Source: Octopus vulgaris
Lineage: Eukaryota
DNA length: 64,000 nt
Direction of reading: 5' to 3'
Assembly (NCBI GenBank): GCA_951406725.2
Contig: OX597830.1
Span: forward strand, 76,446,001 to 76,510,000
Position numbers and translations under genes: made by a program. Position 1 is the first letter of the stretch, and the number at the start of each line of letters is the position of its first letter. This document shows, in pieces, positions 58,183-64,000 of the stretch. The notes beneath the pieces are model-generated. The model was given only the letters and a program-made list of their open reading frames with translations, was not told where the DNA came from and ran no database searches.

Positions 58183-58271
58183 GTCTGTGGAGTGCTCAGC
58201 CACTTGCACGTTAAGCTCACGATTAGGCTGTTCTGTTAATCGGATCATCTAGAACATTTGCCGTCGTAACC
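58183..58271 (+). mobile_element. Family C SINE 3' fragment
   Basis: GTCTGTGGAGTGCTCAGCCACTTGCACGTTAA..GTCGTAACC matches the reverse complement of 6855-6943. Confidence 0.8.
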
Positions 58272-59071
58272 TTATGTGTGTACCAGTATATGTGTATGAA
58301 TGTTTATAGAAGTATGGATATACATGAGTATATATATATATAAATATAACAATGATGAATATCAGAGTGAGTTATCAACAGTAGCAGAAACACATCGTGA
58401 TGTAAATATATATATATATATATATACTTCTGTGTGTATAGGTATGTATGCGGATATATATGTATGTACATGTGCATATATAAGTTTATATACAAAGGCG
58501 TATATATGCATGAATATATGAATGTATTTACATATATACATATATGTGTGCGTAAGTGTGTGTATGTGTTTCTATGTACACATGTGCGTGTGTGTGTGTA
58601 TCTAAGTGTAAGAATTCTAGTGAAGTGGATGCCTTCTTGATTGATGACAAGCAAATGAAGCAAAAATGATGGCATGTCAGCAGGCAGAGTTAGTGCCGTG
58701 GTGGTGTTGGTGGTGGTGGTGGCCGTGGTGGTGATTGCGGTAGGGTGGTTTAGGTTTACTGGGATTGTTGCAGTTCTAACTGAATTTCAAGTGTTTGTGG
58801 GTGATTAGTGGTTACAATAGGAATTGTCACTACGGATGTGTTGACGATGGTCGGTGTTTCACTGCTACAGTTTATTGTTGTTGTAGGTGTTGTTTATTTT
58901 AATATTGATGTTGTTGTTATTGCTGTAATGTTTGTAAATGTTACGGTTGTTGTTAATATTGTTGTTATTGTTCTTATTCCTGAAATTCTTATATTCTTTG
59001 TTAATAATATTTTTGTTGTTGCTGTTATATTTGTAATTGCTGCTGTTGTTTCTGTTATTATTGTTGTCGCT

Positions 59072-59670
59072 TTGAGGCGGTGTGCTGATAGATTCGTTAG
59101 CACATCTGAGTTCAAATTCTGTCGAGGTCGACTTTCCCTTTCATCCTTTCGGGGTCGATAAAATTAGTACCAGTTGAGCATTAAGGTCGATATAACTGAC
59201 TTATCTATGACCTCGCAATTTCAGGCCTTGTGCCAAAATATGAAGCTAATCTTACTATACATTAAGGTGGCGATCTGGCAGAATCGTTAACACGCTAGGC
59301 AAAATTCTTAGCATCATTTCGACCGTCTTCCCCCCTTGAGTTCAAATCCTGCTGAAGTCGATTTTGCCTTTCCTCCTTTCGGGGTCGATAAAATAAGAAG
59401 CAGGTGAACATCAGGTTCGATGTAATCGATTTACAACCCACTCTGAAATTGCTGGCCTTGTGCCAAAATTCGGAACCGATATTACATTTATTATTGTTGC
59501 TTTGAATGTTGTTTTTGTCGTTATTGTTATTGCTCTTGTTCATATTATTTTTCCTGCTATTATTTGAGCTTGCAGAATTGTTAGCTCGCCGGACGAAATG
59601 CTCAGCGGCATTCCGTACGTCTTTACGTTGTGATTTCAAATTCCATCGGGGTCGATTTTGTCTTTCTTCC
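59072..59670 (+). mobile_element. Three successive diverged family B SINEs
   Basis: Copies at about 59072-59238, 59265-59470, 59565-59670. Confidence 0.8.
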
Positions 59671-59689
59671 TCCTTTCAGACACAAGGAA

Positions 59690-60230
59690 CAGAAGATGAA
59701 ATTTTGGTAGTGATCCGGGAATTTTTATGGATTCTTGAAGGATTTTTCATTTGTTATATTTAAAATACAAATAAATGCGGCCTTTTAAAGCCTAGCCAGG
59801 TTCATGGGCCTGGTTTCCCGGTTTCAATGGCGCATGTGTTCCCCAGTTGGACAAGACGCCAGTCCATCGCAGGGTTACTCATTTTTGCCAGTTGAGTGGA
59901 CTGGAGCAACATGAAATGAAGTGTTTTGCTCAAGAACACAAAGCGTCACCCGGTCCAGGAATCGAAACCACAATCTTATGATCATGATGCTGACACTCCA
60001 ACCACTAAGCCACGCGCCTCCACATTTGTTATATTTACTTTACATGAAGTATTACAATATTACGTTCTGTGATTATCTCCCTTTAAAACACGTGCATCGT
60101 TTCCACGTAACCTATGGTGGCGTTGCTGTTTCCAAAGCTTATTTTCGTTTCTCTATTAGTAATTTTACTCGCGTATCTATCTTAAAATGAACTTGGCGGA
60201 GGTCTGCGCTCTCCAAGTAATTTTCTAGTT
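59690..60230 (+). mobile_element. Helentron/HINE-like non-autonomous remnant interrupted by a SINE
   Basis: 3' end CTTGGCGGAGGTCTGCGCTCT..TTTCTAGTT (60192-60230) and body GATCCGGGAATTTTT..GGATTCTT resemble, from memory, Helitron-class non-autonomous elements; 5' subterminal repeat not found. Confidence 0.5.
59763..60023 (-). mobile_element. Full-length tRNA-derived SINE (family D) with 14-bp TSD
   Basis: GTGGAGGCGCGTGGCTTAGTGGTT..GGTTTCGATTCC..GTGTTCTTGAGCAAAACACTT..AACCCTGCGATGGACTGGCG; ATTTGTTATATTTA at 59749-59762 and 60024-60037. Confidence 0.92.
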
Positions 60231-60959
60231 TTCTCTAATGTTTTACATAGTTCAACCAAGAGGTGATATTTTCCCACTTAAAAATGGATGTTCTATTAAA
60301 ACATTCATGCAGTAGATACCACAAGAAAAAGTTTCATATAGCATACTGCAGTAGACACCCTGAGAGAAACTTTCATTTAGGCTTTTGGTGCAAAACTTAC
60401 GCTTGTTGATATTGCTAGCTGGGAGGTAAATCCCTATCAACTCCAACGCCGAGATCATCAGATCACAGGATTTCGACCTTCCTCGATGTCATTGGTGGCA
60501 GGCGCTCGACCGCTAGAGATAGCAGCGACTCACCTCCCCACCAGTGATATGTAAGAAAACAATGCTAGAACAGGAAATGGGGTCGCTATTAGCTAGTGAG
60601 CTTGTTAGAAAATATATTTAAGCCACAAAGGTAGAATTAATACTTACAGAGAGGTAATATTTATCCACATTTAATCGTAGATGTTCTTGTTAGAACAAAC
60701 TATACTGTGGCAGATACCAGGAGTTAAACACCCATATAGGCTTCTGGAATAAAATGCAGAACACCCAGGTTTAAGTGGGGATGAATATTACCTGTTGCTG
60801 TTAATAATGCCTCTGTCGTTAATATTTATAGTTCTATACAAGTTAATGCATGAAAAGCACAATAAGAATTTTGAAAGAAGTTTCTATAAAATTAGCGTTA
60901 AAACTTCAAATGGTGACGGGGGACCTCGAGAGTGAAATTTTAATCAAAAGGATCCCCAA

Positions 60960-60983
60960 GTAAGAAACGGTTGCGAACCACTG
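60960..60983. mobile_element. Possible hAT-type MITE terminus
   Basis: GGTTGCGAACCACTG (reverse complement CAGTGGTTCGCAACC) resembles hAT-Charlie-type ends; partner end not located. Confidence 0.3.
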
Positions 60984-61105
60984 AGGGAGATTGAACGTTT
61001 GATTTCTGCTGATCCTTTCAGATTGAACGACTGCATAAGAAAATCTCTTAACCATCTTATTGCCGTTGTTCCTTTTGACATTGATGTATGTGATATCGTT
61101 CCTAT

Positions 61106-61153
<48 letters not shown>

Positions 61154-61450
61154 CGTTGATGATGAAGATGATGTTGATGATGATGATGGTCGTGGTAGTG
61201 GCGGTGGTGATGATGTTAGTGATGGTAGTGGTGGTTGTTATGGTGATGGTGGTGGTGGTGGTGGAGAGTATAATAAGGGAGGCACGGAGATGATAGGTGT
61301 CAATGATGAAGGCGAAGGTAATGATAATAATGATGATGTTGCTAGTGATGGTGGTGATGGTGGTGGTAGTGATGACAATGATGATGATGATGATAATAAT
61401 GATGATGATGATGGTGATGATGAAGATGATTGTGATAATGATGATGGTGA

Positions 61451-61481
<31 letters not shown>

Positions 61482-61486
61482 GGTGG

Positions 61487-61517
<31 letters not shown>

Positions 61518-62056
61518 GGTGGTGAGGATGATGATTGTGATGATGATGATGATTGTGATGATGAAGATGATTGTGATAATGATGATGGTGATGATGATAA
61601 TGATGGTGATAATGATGAAGATGGTGGTGGTAATGATGATGATGATGATGATGATGATGATGTTCATGATGCTATGACGATGATGGCAGTAGTGGTGGTG
61701 GTGGTGATGGTGACGCGCATTGAATATTTGAATCAGCAAAACAACAATTGAACATCAAGCTTTAACTAGGATTCCATTAACTTCCGGCCAACTGTTGCTG
61801 TATGCATGGATGGCTGTTCCCTTGCGATAACAGTGATTAATAGAGAACGAGTCCCCTGCTAAGCTGTTGGACAGCCGAGGTCAATATATGTGTAAATATA
61901 TAAATATTCTCACAAGAATAGAATATACACACATTGATTCATTCACGCACGCATCCACACGCACACACACACACTGTGACACACACACACACAATGACAA
62001 ATACAATCTCAAATGCGCGCTCCAGCTCCCTGCATTCATATACAGACATTATATAT

Positions 62057-62138
<82 letters not shown>

Positions 62139-62172
62139 GGATGTATGTATGTATGTATGCATATATGTATTA

Positions 62173-62226
<54 letters not shown>

Positions 62227-62350
62227 TGTATGCATATATGTATTAACATATATATATATGTATACTTATATATACTTATATATATGCCGTATTTAAATGT
62301 GTATCTGTGTATATGCATGTTTATGTATCTAAAACTAATATGTATATGCG

Positions 62351-62399
<49 letters not shown>

Positions 62400-62489
62400 A
62401 TGCAAAAGGGGACTGTGAAATGTACATACACACACATGCATGCGCGCGCACAAACATGTGAGAGTGTATGTGTGTTTGTGTGTGTGTAT

Positions 62490-62532
<43 letters not shown>

Positions 62533-62834
62533 TTTGTGTGTATGCGCGCGCGTGTGTGTTTTGCCAATGAACAAACCCAAGGCCACGCCTAGGCACGGAA
62601 TCGAAACGACATTATGACAATCGTCAGTTCATTTCCTTAACCACAATAGGGAGAGAGGCAAAGATAATTTTGTGTTGTCGTCCTATGTGTTTTCTTATTT
62701 TTGTACATCAAATATTTTCTAGTATTTCTCTCTTTACGTTTCTTGATCATAATAGTGAGAGAGAACATATTATGCTAGGGTTTATATATATATTTGTGTG
62801 TGTTCATCAATGCCCCGGAAAGGAAGGCACATTT

Positions 62835-62901
<67 letters not shown>

Positions 62902-62979
62902 AATATTTATCTATCCATCCATCGATTGTCGATCAATCGATCCACCCATCCATCTATCCGTCCATCCATCTATCCATCC

Positions 62980-63064
<85 letters not shown>

Positions 63065-63330
63065 ATATATATATATATATATATATAAGATAAGGAAATG
63101 GAGAAATACATCCATATCAAATATCAATTACCAGATAATACTCAATTACATACTTTATTAAACCACCCCATAAGAGACTGTAGGGCTAAATATAAAAAGC
63201 AGAACAAATCAGTGTACATAAATGAATGTACATAAAAAAGTGTACATAAAAGAGTAATGTTGTATAATAAGTAGAATATATATAAAAGAGAATATAAATA
63301 TAAGCAAATATAAATATAAGTATAGGTTAC

Positions 63331-63457
63331 ATCTTACAGCTGTTTTGGCCATGTAGATAAGTGTGTCTCATTTTACAAATATTATCCTTTTATGGTAGGT
63401 CAATATATAGATATAAATGAGACATTTACAAAAATATCATAAGGCATCTTCGGAGAT
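63331..63457 (-). ncRNA. Decayed type-I hammerhead-like motif with long stem-II insertion
   Basis: Minus: ATCT-CCGAAGA-TGCC...GGCC-AAAA-CAGCTG-TA-AGAT; palindromic ACAGCTGT stem III; G12 is A. Confidence 0.55.
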
Positions 63458-64000
63458 TATGTAATATAAATCAGTCTATATATATACCCACATGGTTGTG
63501 GGTGCATACCCATATTACAACATATATATATACATATGGGTGCACATACTCACACTCTTATATATATAAAAAATATACATATACATAATGATGTAAATAA
63601 ATAATATAAATTAGTAAACATATATATGTGTTCCACATTCAATGTCTCAGTTTATCGACTTAATATTGTAATAATAAACATACACAAGTTAGTACCTAGA
63701 TGCAAATATACATAGTCAATAATACATTATATTACTTCATACTAATTTCTAAAGTGTCATTAAAGTTAGCATCATTATTGTTGTCAATACCATTAATGTT
63801 ACCATTATTATCATTCATAATATTATTAATAACGCTTACATTAGGATCCAGAGCGGTATATATGTTCGGGTTCCATTTAGTAATTTTCCTTATGACATAA
63901 ATACACTATTGGATTTGAATTTAAAATTATCATTATCTTCCTCACGGTTGGTCAATTGAGAGCCGCCCGACCTCCACCACACCACACGTGCATGTGTGTG

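Noticed and set aside
60999-61751. 250-aa Asp-rich ORF resembling an acidic biomineralisation protein
   Set aside because: Degenerate (GAT/GGT)n microsatellite, open in several frames, non-ATG start, no signal peptide or splice support

Overview
AT-rich eukaryotic non-coding DNA saturated with di-, tri- and tetranucleotide microsatellites and decayed transposons. Composition and the tRNA-derived SINE families suggest a cephalopod (octopus-like) intronic or intergenic region; this is inference, no search was run. No intact protein-coding gene, tRNA/rRNA gene or CRISPR array is supported, and almost all ORFs in the track are microsatellite translation artefacts. Recognisable content: at least 4-5 SINE families (three copies with clear 12-17 bp target-site duplications), two R4/Dong-type LINE relics in (TAA)n, two CR1-type LINE 3' ends whose tail matches one SINE family, a Penelope-like RT relic, three mariner relics and one DD37D (maT) relic, a Helentron-like remnant, and a 100-N gap. 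The most interesting signal is a set of at least six minimal type-I hammerhead-ribozyme-like motifs of the Penelope-associated kind in short non-coding modules. These include a head-to-tail pair about 180 nt apart (retrozyme-like), one enclosed in a foldback, and two with long structured stem-II insertions. A few low-confidence splice signals hint at host exons.
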